The translations under genes and the position numbers were made by a program. Shown one piece after another: positions 12,901-25,116 of a stretch of 64,000 bases of DNA (the stretch's first letter is position 1; each line of letters begins with the position of its first letter). A model generated the notes under the pieces. That model was not told the DNA's origin, made no database searches, and was given only the letters and a program-made list of their open reading frames with translations. Origin of the DNA: Dudresnaya verticillata (lineage: Eukaryota); the NCBI GenBank assembly GCA_977862235.1, contig OZ374557.1:1302001-1366000 (forward strand), in the 5' to 3' direction.

Positions 12901-14689
12901 ATACGCTTCGACGCGAATACTATTGACTATCGATTCCAGTTGACTGTTATGCCACCGTCCGCAACTGCGTAACCTGCGTTAAGAATCGCGTATTGTTGCG
13001 AAAGGACACCAAGAAATTGAAGTTGTTCCCCGCAACCGAGCCTCTCGAGTTCGTATCGATCGACATCCTGGGCGAACGCATACGCACGAAGCGAGGAAAA
13101 CAATTCCTACTTGTCATTGTGGACCGCTTCTCGAAGCTGGTCCGGACGGTTCCAATACGTAGTATTACGGAATTGGAAATCGCTAAGGCGTTTGTACGAC
13201 ATTGGGTCTTCGTGTACGGGCCCCCAAGAAACTGTTGTCCGACAACGGACCACAGTTTGTGGCTAAGTTGTTCCAGGATATCTGCCGTCCTTTGGGAGTG
13301 GAGAATCTCTTCACCACGACGTATCACCCGCAATGCAACGGCCGGGTAGAACGATTCAATCGAACTATCCTGGCCTCGCTGCGTCACTACGTTGCGGATC
13401 ATCCGAGAGACTGGGACCTGTTCACGGATGCCTTGACGTTCGCATTCAATAAACAGTTGCATTTGTCTACGCATCTCGCTCCGTTTGAAGTGGTGCTGTC
13501 TAAGCCACCAGGGACATTGTCGCTCGAAGCGGAACCGTCGCTCGAAAGCGTACCCACCGCGGGACAATAATACACCAAGTGGCGAACCTGGCTGGCCGCA
13601 CTGATGGGAACCGCTAAAGCGTCGTTATAGAAACCTCAAGCACGTTGCAAACGGAATTTCGATGCCCAATTAAGGAAATCGAAGGAAGCAATCGCCGTAG
13701 GCGACTTCGTATTCGTACGTAAGGAATACTTCGCCCGAGGCGGGAGCACGGATCGCGCAGAGCGTAAGCATAAGCTGGCACCAGTGGCGGACGGACCATA
13801 CCGGGTAACCCACGTTGACAACGAGACGGTAACCGTCGACAAGGGACGTGATGAGCGGGAACGTTTGTCCCGAGACCGCGTGGTCTGGGCGCCGACCCCA
13901 CCGGGTCAGGCAGTCCCTCCAATCGTCGTACCACCAGGCCCGCCGGAGGAGCAAGAAGCAGTCGCCCCCACGTCACAAGACGAAGGGACGACTACCCCAA
14001 GCACGCCACCAGCGGACCCGGAGGGGGACGCAGAGACTTCGCATACTGTGGGAGATCCGCAAGAGCGTACGCTCACAGCGTCACGCAGTCGTGGGTTGGC
14101 AGAGCTTTCGCCCTTCGCCGCCGATCCCGACGACCGCGCTTCGCAATCCGTCTCCAACGACGACAATACCCCAGGGGTTCGCACCCGTTTGGAACACGTT
14201 GCTACGGCACTGTCGAATGATAACAATGACTCCGCTGAAAGCGCGTCCGATAACGAGAACGTTAACCGTACACGCACGAAGCAAGGCGCTGCAAGCGATG
14301 GAATCGTCCTAAGACGCAGCAAACCAGTGACCGCTGAACGAGCGTCCGAGGCCCAAAGTCAGTGCCCTTGGCGATCAACCCGTCGAGTACGCTTGGCTGA
14401 ACCGGTACAGACGCCCGTCACGCAACGAGACGAACCGCCAAAGGCGCTGGAAGGGCCCACGTCCAAGCCGATCGCTGTGAGCGGGAAATAATGCGTTATT
14501 GAACGCATCGAGTCGCACGCGTACGCGGATGATGATGAGATCCTGTACCGCGTCAAGTGGTTTGGATACCCCGCTTCAGCGAACACCTGGGAGCCAGTCT
14601 CCAGTTTGCCGCGACCCCAGGTCACACGGTAGCACCGTCGAAAACGTACGCACCTACCGCCAAACATCGACGACGCGCAGCGCGGCTAA
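9960..14689 (+). pseudogene. pol: pol of Gypsy copy 1 (PR, RT, RNase H, INT, chromodomain)
   Basis: Motifs LDTGA, RFCVDYRRLN, MPFGL, YLDD, DAS, EKECLAVVW, VSIDILG, SDNGPQF, YHPQCNG and VIERIESH..YRVKWFGY..NTWEP; multiple lesions. Confidence 0.95.
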
Positions 14690-16102
14690 CACTAATCCGG
14701 AAAAACCGCTGGAAGCGAATAGACAGACGATCGAGACCGCGTGCCCGAGCTACGGTCGCCAATGGCGCGGAAGCCCAACCAATGGCCTGCAGACGCGGTC
14801 GCAACAGCGGTAGCGACGAACACGTGTGCACGCCATGGACAGACGTGGACGCAAGTCGTCGCGTCATAGAGAGCCATGCACACGGGCACCTCACAGCGGC
14901 CACCATACAGGACCCCTGGATGGGTGTGCGGTGGACAGTGGATCCAGATCGCAAATCGAGATCCGCCGTCCGTGCCCCTCAAGTAATAGGAGCGAAACTC
15001 AATTGGACAATTTTTAACTTGCAAACACGGCAGCGCGCACCACCCAGCAGTCAACGCGCGACGAACGCAATCATGCTAAGTGGCTGAGCAGGTGCTACGA
15101 GCACCAGCGACGACAGGCGCAAGTGGCAGCGCGCAACAACCGTCTCCGACGTCAAGATGCCCACTCGCACTGCGGCCAGGTCCCTGGGACCGTCACCCTG
15201 CTGGCCACGGCCTCGCGCGAAAGCACACGTTGAACGTCTCCGACGTAACTCACCGAAAAGGGGCGCACCGAAAAACCCACCGACAAAGGGGGGAAAGGTG
15301 GTTGAAGACGCAGTTACCGTGGGTTCCGTGCACGACGCGCCAATAAATCGCGCAATGACTCCGCCGCTGCCTACGGCCGCCGCGGCCACAGTCGCGCGAT
15401 GGCGACCATTCCCTTCTCTGCCCCCAAAGAGGAACCTCAAAGACAAAAGGAGCAGCAAGGCCAAGGCTTCGAACCACCTACCTCACCGCCTTCGCGACCT
15501 TCGTCCAGGACGCCGACAAAAACAATACCCCGTAATAGCGACGACGTGAGGGGCACAGGGGCTCAACCCAGCCCCACCTACGCGCAAACACGCCCAAGGC
15601 GCAGTGCGACACACGCACTACAAAAGCGCTAAGTCATCGGAACCGGGTCCTCCCGAACAGCGTCCCCCGACGAATAAGACAATAACGTCGCACAACGAGA
15701 AGCGAGATACGCCAATCACCGCATGTGAAACACGAAGAACAACGTTACTACAGCGGACTCTACCAGCCAAACGCAGCCGAAACGCAACGCGCGGCTAAGG
15801 CTAATGGCATCAAACGCCAACGCTACTGTAGCGGGGAATCAAGAACACGACGCAAAGTCGAAGTGGGGCCACAGGTTACACCCTAAGGCCAACGCGAAGC
15901 CCGACACGGAAAGACGCTGACAATGGCCGAAGTTTACTGGGCTAAAAACAAATGGGGACAACCCCTCGCCCTCGCGATCGACCACTACAGCTACATTAAT
16001 CATCAAAGACGAAGGGGAATACCCCGCTCATCAGTCCCGCAAGGGAGCCGAAGGGCAACACAATACGCACCCTCGCGTCCGCTATCCGTTCCTGAAACGA
16101 CA

Positions 16103-19100
16103 TCAAGACTCTTTCGTCGCAAACGAATCGGCTGGCATATCCTCAGTAGCGCCCTCGGCGGACTCACGAAACGCCTCTTCGTGGAGGTCGTCCTCCGTCC
16201 TCGACGGTACACTCACGGCAGGAGCAGGGGCGGACCGTAAAGGCCTTGCAATTTCAACTGCTGAAGTGACCGCAACAGGCGGCGCAGAAGAAAGGGGCGA
16301 CCTACCAACCGCCTTTGGCGTCGTCGCGACAATATCCGCCACAGGCGATGAAGCAACAACACGCGCCATAGGCGCAGAGCTAAAGCTATCATTCGCCATA
16401 GGCGCAGGCCCAGCCCCATCGGCTTTAGGCGCAGTCAACGACTCATCAACCGCCTTTGGCGTAAGTTCAGAAACCGCCTCGATCGGCGTCGCACCTTCAC
16501 TCGCCTTCGGCGTTGTTATCTCTACACTCCTCACTGACGCAAGAGCACCTGGCCCCTTCTGAGCCGTCGACGACGCTATAGCAGCATTTGCTTCGCTCGC
16601 CGCAGGCGGTAGGTTCATACTCACGTCTTTAGACGCTGGAACATTCGGCTAGGCGACAGCGGCTTTTCTGCCACACCGTCGTTCAACGCGGAGCCTACGA
16701 CAATAGTCGATTTTGGCGCGGACCCACCCTGAGGCGGAACCGCAGCCGACAAAGATTAGATCACCCACTCTGTGGGCGAGCCGCTCAAACCGCTAGTAGC
16801 GACGCTGGCAGCCTGAAACAACGCGAGGACCATACCGCGCTGTTCTTCGGTCCATATCGACACGCTGGGAGCCTTCCCTGAACCGTCTATGACGCTCGAT
16901 TCTCCGCCTGCTGCCGTTGCGGATGGGGGTGGCTCTGACACTGGTACCGCCATAATGACCTCACCCTCGTCGTCCGCAACGGGCGCCGCAAGGTCCAAGG
17001 GCGCAACCGTGGCTACGCCGGTTGGCATCGCACTCGACGCAAGAGGCTCCGTGGGCAACGTCGTAGAGGGAACAGCCGCTTCAGCGGAAGACTCAATCGC
17101 CATAGGCGTAGCAATAGCCGTCCCAGACGAGTTAACCGGTCCCCTGTTGGCGCGCAGAGCATCCTCTTCCGCCATTAAGGCGCTCAATTCAGGAGGAAAG
17201 TCACCGACAAAGTCGCAGGTCTTACGCAAACCGCGCGTGTGATTACCCGGCGTGAAGCGATCGGTCTTGCGATGGCGTTCCGCAATGTTCTTCGTCGTAC
17301 GACGCTTTGTCCAATGGTTGAACCAAATCCAATCGCCACAGGCGGAATGAGTACGACTCATCGCGTAATGCGGACGATTCGCCGTACGGCGGTTGTTGGC
17401 TAACTGCACGGCAACCGGGTCGTTCCAATCGATCTCATACGCAATAGTGCGCAGGTCCCAGAACTCCTCGGAATTCCTGGAACCACCAAATATTTCGACC
17501 AAGTCGAGGCTACCGAGATGGACGACCACACGCGGGGGTAGATGATACATAAGGAAGGTGTCATACACCTCCCATAACCAAGCATACGCCACGTTGGCGA
17601 CCCACTCGGTGTAGAACACGATCCAATACCTGGAATACGGGTCGGTCATCAGCTCGGAACCAAGATACGTGACACACGGGTGGAGCTCTGCTGCGAAACC
17701 TTCGCATATCTCGAACTCACGCCATACAGGCGGCACCTTCACAAAACAGTGAGGTAACTTACTACGCTCAATGCGGTCAACCTGCATGTCCTGGTACGGC
17801 ACAAACACGCCCTTTCGGCGACGCGTTTCACATTCCCAACAGATACAACGCTCCCAGAAGAATGTACCCGTCCGATGCAGATAACGAAAATCCGCTTTTA
17901 AGCGTACACCTAAGAGGTAAGCCTCTTGCAAAATGCGAGGCTCGATTGACACGCTCACGTACTTCAGCGACAACGTCCCAAGACGAGCACCATATTCGGT
18001 CTCGCCGGCTGTACGGTATTTCCCTGCATCGAAATTGAAGAGGGGCGGCGTTAACGTCGACCCGGGGTAACGCCTAAAGCGTCGATATACGTCTGAGACG
18101 AACTGCGCGTGGACGTCCGCACGCGATTGTCCCGGTCGCACCCAAAGCCACCCCGCAGGAACCGCACAGCGCAACTTCCACTCTAACGTCCAGACGACGC
18201 TAAGGGGCAGGCCCCCTCGCAAGAAACCGCTAGTAGCGTAATGAGCGACCAATTCTTCCTCGCGCAAAGCCTCATTGTCAAACCAGGGGGCCCGCGCGAA
18301 GAAATGCGCGTGATTGCGAGGATTCTTGTGGTATAGACGCTATGCGCAAAAAGACTCCGTGGTCTACGTGAAAAATAATCGAGAAATACGAATTTCGAAG
18401 TGACTCCGTGAATGCGCACGCCACGATGGCAAACGTATTACAGTGCGCATACTCTACGTGTGCCACGATGGCATTCGCATTACAGCACGCACGCGATACG
18501 AAATCGCTGACACCTCCGGACCAATTCCGAGTGGACTTCGTCATCGCGCGCGCCACGATGGCATTCGGATTACAGTGCGCACCCGAGATGAAATCGCTGA
18601 CACCTTCGTGAGCTTCCCGTTGTTTCCTGCGCGTAACGGCACCCCGGCCCACGACGCGCGTGCACCTCCGTATGCATCGCTGGCGCACTTCGTAACCGCC
18701 ACCATACGTGAGACGACCGTTCGTTGGTACCGAGGCCGTTACGAATCATTCGAGTACGAACCGTCTTCCGCGTTGACGTGCATTCATGCTCACATACTAT
18801 CACTTAGCCAGTCATCGGGCACAACCTCCGAGGGTTTCCGGTAAGCGACTAGCGCCCGGACCTCGGAGTCTTCGGTAAACGCCTGTTTCTTCGAGTTCGG
18901 TGTCTTCGTCTTCGTGACCGCGGATACGGTCGAGCCTCGCTTTCGGTAGCCTTGCGCACCCGGAGTCATCCCCGGTGATCGATCGCTCGAGTTCTCCCTT
19001 CCGCACACCAATACGTTGACACCGTGGTCCTTCGTGTTGGTCGCTCCGCTCTACCACGCTACCACCCCTTTTTGTTTCTCCGTTAGGCTACGAGGTCATT

Positions 19101-19254
19101 CTTTAGGCTCCGAGGCCATTCCTTACAGTGCGAGACTTCCCCGCGTCACCGTGGACTTCGTTATACCACAATTCTTACCGACAGAGTCGACAGGTGACGC
19201 GTACACCGGCGCGACCGAGGGCGTCGCCACCTGCATGCCATTGAATGTCGGCAT
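16103..19254 (-). pseudogene. Antisense accessory ORF of Gypsy copy 1, interrupted by a solo LTR
   Basis: 503-codon open segment 16756-18267. Removing solo LTR 18327-19170 plus one TSD joins it in frame to ATG 19254. A low-complexity continuation runs to ~16103 and is paralleled in copy 2. Confidence 0.8.
18327..19170. mobile_element. Solo LTR (TGTGGTATA...TATACCACA family)
   Basis: 9-bp inverted termini; 5-bp TSD ATTCT at 18322-18326 and 19171-19175; second copy inverted at 41850-42682. Confidence 0.92.
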
Positions 19255-19688
19255 AACGTCGAAGACGAAAATATGTTCGCGCCGCTGGCGATGAGTACAC
19301 AAACGTCAAAGACGACTCGTATCCTGCGCCACTGGCGAAAGCTCCCCGAAGCGTGCGTCGAAGACGATTAGTGTCCAACGCCACTGGCTAAAACCTTACA
19401 ACCGCACGTCAACGACGATTCAGTTGCTACGCCCCAGGCGATACACAAACAAGAACACCAGCAGGCGAGGGAATCTGAACGACGTCAACGACGGGGATCG
19501 AGACGCGCCACAGGCGATGATGTCGGCGTAGTGCAAGGGAACGCGGCGCGCAACACGGGCAGGGTTTCGCACGGCACAGCCGAAGTCACAAAATGCACGC
19601 GCAGACACACCCAGACGAAGCGCGGGAACGGGCAAAGACGAAGGCAAGCAAGCGCCAGCAGATTGAGGGTCGGGCGTGTTCACGTTTT

Positions 19689-19697
19689 GGAGGGGGG
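19689..19697 (+). promoter_or_regulatory. Polypurine tract of Gypsy copy 1
   Basis: GGAGGGGGG ends 3 nt before the 3' LTR. Confidence 0.8.
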
Positions 19698-19700
19698 TCG

Positions 19701-20528
19701 TGTGGTGCAAGGGGGGTGAGCCTGTTTTCCGCTGAAAGCGGAGCGAGAAATACGTCGACCGACGGCTCACTGGGGCGCACGCACACGTTGCGCGCCGCGC
19801 GTCATGCGGGCACTGTACGGTGATGGGCCGATATGGCGCCCCGGGGTACTGTAACACGGATCTAGATGGGATCCGGATCCGGTACCCAGATTGGCCATCT
19901 GGATCGCCTACGCTGTAATGTACGCGCCTGTAAGGCTATGAGTGTTCGCATTGCTGGCCCGGATCCGGATTGGGATCAGGATTGGACAAGTATTGGATTA
20001 GATCAAGGGCGCACGCTCTACAGTAGGCGCGCGCGCAGGGCTGTAAGGCGCACGCGCCCACGTGTGTGTGTAAGCGCCCACGCAGGGGGTTGCGCGGCAG
20101 CCTGTCAGGCGCGCGGCTGCATACGATGGGTGATCGTTAGGACGCGCCTCGGGACGACACGTGTCCCGAGTTCCCGCACTGCACACCCGCGCCGCCGCCG
20201 CCACACCGTCGTGCTATACTTAGGAAAGCCGTCCCAGACGTAGCAAAAACGCCCAGGCAAGCCGGCATTGGTCCAGACTTCCCCGTTCCACACGCGCGTA
20301 CCCTTCTCTACCGCTGCCCACGGCCTAAGCGTCTACCTCCCGTGCTTCCACGTCCATTATCGTCGCAGACATGCCTCACTTTTATTTTAATTTTTCCCTT
20401 TCTTCCGCCCTGGGCGTTTGCAGTCCGCCCCGGGCGTGTCCTCAGCTCTACCACCTACCGTCTCAAGACGTGCTACCCACCGGCTCCCGAACGGTCCGGA
20501 GGTGCCCGTCAGCGACGTTTGCACCACA
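19701..20528 (+). repeat. 3' LTR of Gypsy copy 1
   Basis: TGTGGTGCAA...TTGCACCACA 10-bp inverted termini; 828 bp. Confidence 0.93.
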
Positions 20529-20789
20529 GGGCACGCTAGGGTCACCCGTTGGAATCTTTTTGCGATTTATAGTTGCGAACTTTCCCTTCAGGCTGTCTAT
20601 TGATCTGTGTTCATCGTGGAAACCCATCTCATGACCCTTACCAGCCACATCAGACAACTCCTTAAACAGGAAATTGGTCTTTTTGATACAAGCGAGGAGG
20701 TTTTGGACTTCTTTCTGAGTAAATCCTGTACCTCTGGTGGTACCAGCAGTTGTTTTGCGATAAGAACGGCCACGAGGGCGAGGATCCAA
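20529..20789 (-). pseudogene. Myb/SANT-like domain fragment (DUF6818-type, often transposon-associated), truncated by Gypsy copy 1
   Basis: GTGFTQKEVQNLLACI...RSIDSLKGKFATINRKKIPTGDPSVP pattern; the frame runs into the LTR end. Confidence 0.5.
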
Positions 20790-20861
20790 AGCCGGCGGTT
20801 TGGGGAACTTCCGCCGTAGCTGTGGCCTTGGACGGAAGGCGGTTGTGAAAGCGGTAGATTT

Positions 20862-21720
20862 TGTGGTGCAAGGGGGGCTGCCCCTTTTTCGCTGTGAGCG
20901 TATTATATGCCAACATCTACCGCCGGCACGTCAACCGCCGTTGGCGCGCAAACACGTCATGGACGATTGGCCCACGGGCATACGGCCGCCGTTACCCCGC
21001 GCGGCGCGGCGCACGCGCACACTGTACGGCCAGATCCGGATGCATCATCCCGATCGGCCACGCGCAAGGTGCACGCCTGTAAGCTTGGCCCGGACCCGGA
21101 TCGGATCCGGATGGGACATCGGGATCCGGCATCGGGATCCACAGTGATGTAAGGAGCGCGCCTGTAATGGCCGCGCGCCAGCAATGCTGGCGGGGATCTA
21201 GATCCGAATCCGGATCACCCGCACTGCTACACGCGTACGCCTGTAAGTCACCCATTACTCGCACGCACACCTGTAGGCTACTCCTGAGCTCCCGCGCACG
21301 CCGCTGCATGGCGACGACGTGTCAGACACTCGACGGCGCGACACGCGTCCTGAGTTCCCGCGCACCGCGCCCGCCGCCGTCGCTCACGTAGTATATTAGG
21401 TAATCCGTCTGAGACGCTGAGTAAACCCCGGACAAGCCGGCCTTGGTCCAGACTTCCCCGTTCCGCACGCGCGTACCCTACCGCTGCCTACGGCTCAAGC
21501 GTCTACCTCCCGTGCTTCCACGTCTATCACCGTACTTGACGTTTTCCTTTCTGTTCACTTTTCCCTTCCTTTCCGCCTCGGGCGTCTACAGTCCGCCCAA
21601 GGCGTGTCCTCTGCTCTACCACAAGTCGCCCAAGGCGAGGCTACTCACCGCCACGGGCGCAGCTACCCACCAAGCCCCGAACTGCTCGGCGGTATACCAT
21701 CTTCAGACGTTTGCACCACA
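20862..21720 (+). mobile_element. Solo LTR related to Gypsy copies 1 and 2
   Basis: TGTGGTGCAA...TTGCACCACA termini; TSD GATTT at 20857-20861 and 21721-21725. Confidence 0.93.
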
Positions 21721-22754
21721 GATTTGGGACATAATACGGGGCGCCTTCAATGATCCTTGCACTGCGGAGCCTCGTTGAAGGTTCGTCAGGACCAAACGGC
21801 TGGGAAGGAGCTGGCAGTGGCGGAATAGTGATAGTAAAAGCTACGGGAGCACTTCCAGGCGCGGGCGGTATGATGGGAACGAGTACTTGTGGTGGGCAGG
21901 AAGCAGGGGAGAGATCCAAACGGTCGGCGGGTCGTCGAGTGGAGCCTCGTTTGTGATAGTGTTTGTCCGTGGGCTGAGAGTTGTTGCGCGGTTTGAGCGT
22001 CTTAAACCCGTTCTCGACGTTCATTGATAATGTCAGCTCTGACTTGTTTCCGCGCCTTCCCGCTTCCGTAGGAAGCGCGCGGAAGCCGGCTTTCATCTTG
22101 CTCCAGATTCGGTTTCGCTTTTGGCTGTTGCTCTTGCCGCGAATGTGGCTCATGGTTACACGTTTGCCGCGTAAGTAGGTCGTTTGATCACCTGGAGCTG
22201 GTGTTCTGGCGATGGGAGGTCCCAACTAGGGCGGGCGATTTGGTCGTTCACTTTTTAGTCAAAGTGGATGATTCGAGCTGTACCATTTTGGTTCTTGTGA
22301 TTTCAGGCGTTGCCCAATATCTCTCAAAACGAACTGAATGTCACCCGAATTTTGTGAAGCTTCCGTGAACTGTTGGACCGATTTCTCCTTCGATTGGTCG
22401 ACCTCAGTTTTGTACCAGCTTTAGCGCTCCAAATGTTTCTATGTGGCAGCTGAAAGGAACATGATTGGAGCTGTCTAACACGCCCGGTTTGAATGAGGCT
22501 GCTTCAGAGGCCACCTGTTGATGCATCATCTGAAGGAAGCAATACAAATAAGACCCTTCTGGTGCTATCTTTTAACAGCAGGAAAACGGCCGCGCGGGCT
22601 AACCCAGCGTTTCATCGGCAAGGTTAGAATTACACGCTCCTGCTCCCCCGAAAGTGGTATCTTACAGTAGTACTGTATGTATCCACAGGGGCCGGACCGG
22701 TCATGCCCCTCAGCGGCCGTACGAGCGATACGGCCCACCACAACGCAAGGAGGA

Positions 22755-23251
22755 TGTCGTCCGTAGCCGGTCGACACGCGCGCGCGGCGTGCGGCGTGAG
22801 AGTGGTCTACAATCACCGCTCTGCGGGCACGGCGCGCAGGGTCGCGGAACGCGGGGCAAGGGGCGCGAGCGGGGCGTGAGCGGAGCGCGAGCGGAGCGAA
22901 GCGGGGCGCGAGCGGGGCGTGAGCGGAGCGCGAGCGGAGCGAAGCGAGGCGCGAGCGGAGCGAGCGGGTCAGAGAGGTGGGCGAGGTTTATCGAAGCAAG
23001 GGAAGAGGGCTACGGCAGACCACCGCGGCTGACGCAACGGACGTTCTCGTCAACGCTGCTTACTCTTCTACTTCGATCGTGCTCTCGAGGAGCGGCGGTG
23101 GTCTGCAGTGGTCAGCGGGGCTTGAAGTAGCCCAACCAGTTGCAGTCGGACGCGCGCGTCGCGCGCGGACGGCGCGTTGGTCGCCGACGGCGGGAGCACT
23201 GTAAGGTATCTTACAGTGCGACTCTGCGACACAGATGGGTCCAAATCGACA
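22755..23251 (-). repeat. 3' LTR of the Copia element
   Basis: Direct repeat of 32888-33293 with an expanded GAGCG-type internal array; PPT at 23252-23260. Confidence 0.92.
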
Positions 23252-23493
23252 CTCCCCCCTGTCGCAGAACGGTCGTCGGCGATGCGCGCATATCTATTGT
23301 CTTTCGACCGAAAATATTTTATTACCGCGGATGAAGAACACGACTGGCACCTAACTGTCTCCGGACATCGTGGCATGCCGGGACTCCCATATCGGGCTTG
23401 AAGCGAAACGAGCCTGCGTCAAAACGGCTTCAAGACGATGCTGGAGAGCCGATGCGAAAGTTGCGTTACGGAGCTCTGGGCGTGCTCCAACGC

Positions 23494-23581
23494 GCTGCTG
23501 TGCTGTGGGCTCTCTTCACACCTGCGCCGTCGTCGCGGCTGCTGTGCTGTGGGCTCTCTTCACACCTTCGCCGTCGTCGCG
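23494..23581 (+). repeat. Two-copy 44-bp tandem repeat in the YR element leader
   Basis: GCTGCTGTGCTGTGGGCTCTCTTCACACCT(G/T)CGCCGTCGTCGCG twice. Confidence 0.85.
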
Positions 23582-23648
23582 TCCTCGCTTGCCTCGACCC
23601 CAACGCCCAGTTTGGGTTCTTCCCCGTAGCTTTGTTTCTTTTCCTGCA

Positions 23649-24868
23649 ATGACGGACCAGACCCCTACGGACGAGGGTAGAGTGCCAGCGCAGCTTTCCT
23701 TTGCTACGCTCACAGAACGCTCGTCGGATGAGGTACTTTTGGCATCCGCCGATGCACTCAAGGCTATCATCCGAGACACACCAGACCGCCTGAAGCCCTC
23801 CGTTCTTACAACATCATGAACAGCCCTCATGGGGGCCGTGTTAAAGATAAGGGACGCTCTGGTTTCGGAGAGTTGCTCTCCGTCTACTACAGATGCAAAC
23901 GCAGATAAGCAAGCCCTGGCTGAGCTGCTCGTGCTTTCCGTCCCGCAAGTCCGAGAGAGACCTACTTCAGACCTTCCAGGGTTAGCCAACCTAATGTTGA
24001 GCGCGCTGCGCTATGATAACACCCTAGACCCACAGACGTTTGACAAGGACGACCCAAAGGATGTTGTGAGTACAGTACTTTCTTGGAAACTTCGTGCTAC
24101 AGAAGAGAATCTAGCTGAAGCAGAGAAGGCTACTGAAGCCATTGATAAGGATGCTCCGCAATTCCCCCCACGTATGGTCAGAGAACACCCACCCATCTCC
24201 TTTGCTGCAGGTGCCCCGGCAGCTGAAGTCACCGAACCCTTTCATAAACGGCTAAGGTTTAGCATGCCTGGTGAAGATGGACTTCTGGAATCCGAAACCC
24301 CGACACGGGTTTTCGTTCCCGCGTCGGATCGGCGCTTGTGTTACCGAGCCAGTTGGGGCTGTATCCGGGCGCGGCGGTGTCGATACCCACATTGAGAATG
24401 TCAGAGAGACTGGGACCTTCTATTCTCTCCGCGCTGGTACAGGAAGGCATCAATATCGAGTTGACAGTCCGCAACAGGCGATGGAGCAGGCGCCAACCCA
24501 ACGAAGCGGGAGCAGCGGAATGCGAGGCAGTCACTCTCGCGCGAATGTTACACTTGAACATTTTAGCCCATCAATGAATGTGCTCAGCCATTCAAACCTG
24601 CCCGTGGATGGAAGTGGCCTTACGACGACTTTGGGCACTACTGTACGTGGAAAGGCGCCCGAAAGTGTCCCGATCGGCCTCATGAGGCGTGGCTCGTACA
24701 GTTCTAGAGGTTCATCTCGATAAAAGAATCCGTATACCGAGTCTAGACAGTCTTTTAGCGAGAGAAGCAACCCTGCAGGTGAAGGAGAGGACTGCCCTTC
24801 AGAAGTTAGAGCAGCACCCCGAGAATGCAAACTTCAAAAATGGCCGTGGAAAGAAAGGGAAGGAGTAG
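23649..24868 (+). pseudogene. ORF1 (gag-like) of the YR element
   Basis: Reconstructed from ATG 23649 through in-frame stops and one frameshift (~24345) to ...WMEVALRRLWALL...GRGKKGKE-stop; homolog at 5622-6197. Confidence 0.65.
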
Positions 24869-25116
24869 CGACGAGTCGAGAGCGCACCTTCCCCCTTCGA
24901 CTTCAGCACACTTCAGACCCTCCTCCGCCTAATCAACCACATAATTCTCGTCCAAACCTTCTGCTCCGCACCGCTTCGCGCTCTCTCAACTTTTTATATG
25001 GCGGGCCTGCTCTCCAGGACGTCACTCCGAATACTCTCCATGGCCGTGGCAACCCTTCCATCAGTCGAGCATTAGCCTCAATTGAATCTCGAATTGCCGA
25101 GACTGACACGACTCTC

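Larger units (their letters stand above)
6642..20528 (+). mobile_element. Ty3/Gypsy LTR retrotransposon with chromodomain integrase, copy 1 (decayed)
   Basis: Order is LTR-PBS-gag-PR-RT-RNase H-INT-chromodomain-antisense ORF-PPT-LTR, with many stops and frameshifts. Confidence 0.95.

Noticed and set aside
12947..13567. 206-aa and 301-aa (49098-50003) minus-strand ORFs
   Set aside because: Shadows of integrase coding sequence with no recognisable motifs.
14690..16100. Many short overlapping ORFs between pol and the antisense gene (also 51126-52650)
   Set aside because: Frames are not consistently preserved between the two copies; consistent with a GC-rich non-coding spacer.
18410..18610. Regularly repeated CCACGATGGC..ATTACAG units resembling a CRISPR array
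   Set aside because: Degenerate tandem repeats inside a solo LTR, without unique spacers or cas genes.
21726..22560. Possible decayed coding sequence (ORF 21641-22225)
   Set aside because: No identifiable motif in any frame, so it cannot be assigned.
22845..22970. GAGCG-rich satellite
   Set aside because: Internal expansion within the Copia 3' LTR that explains the LTR length difference.
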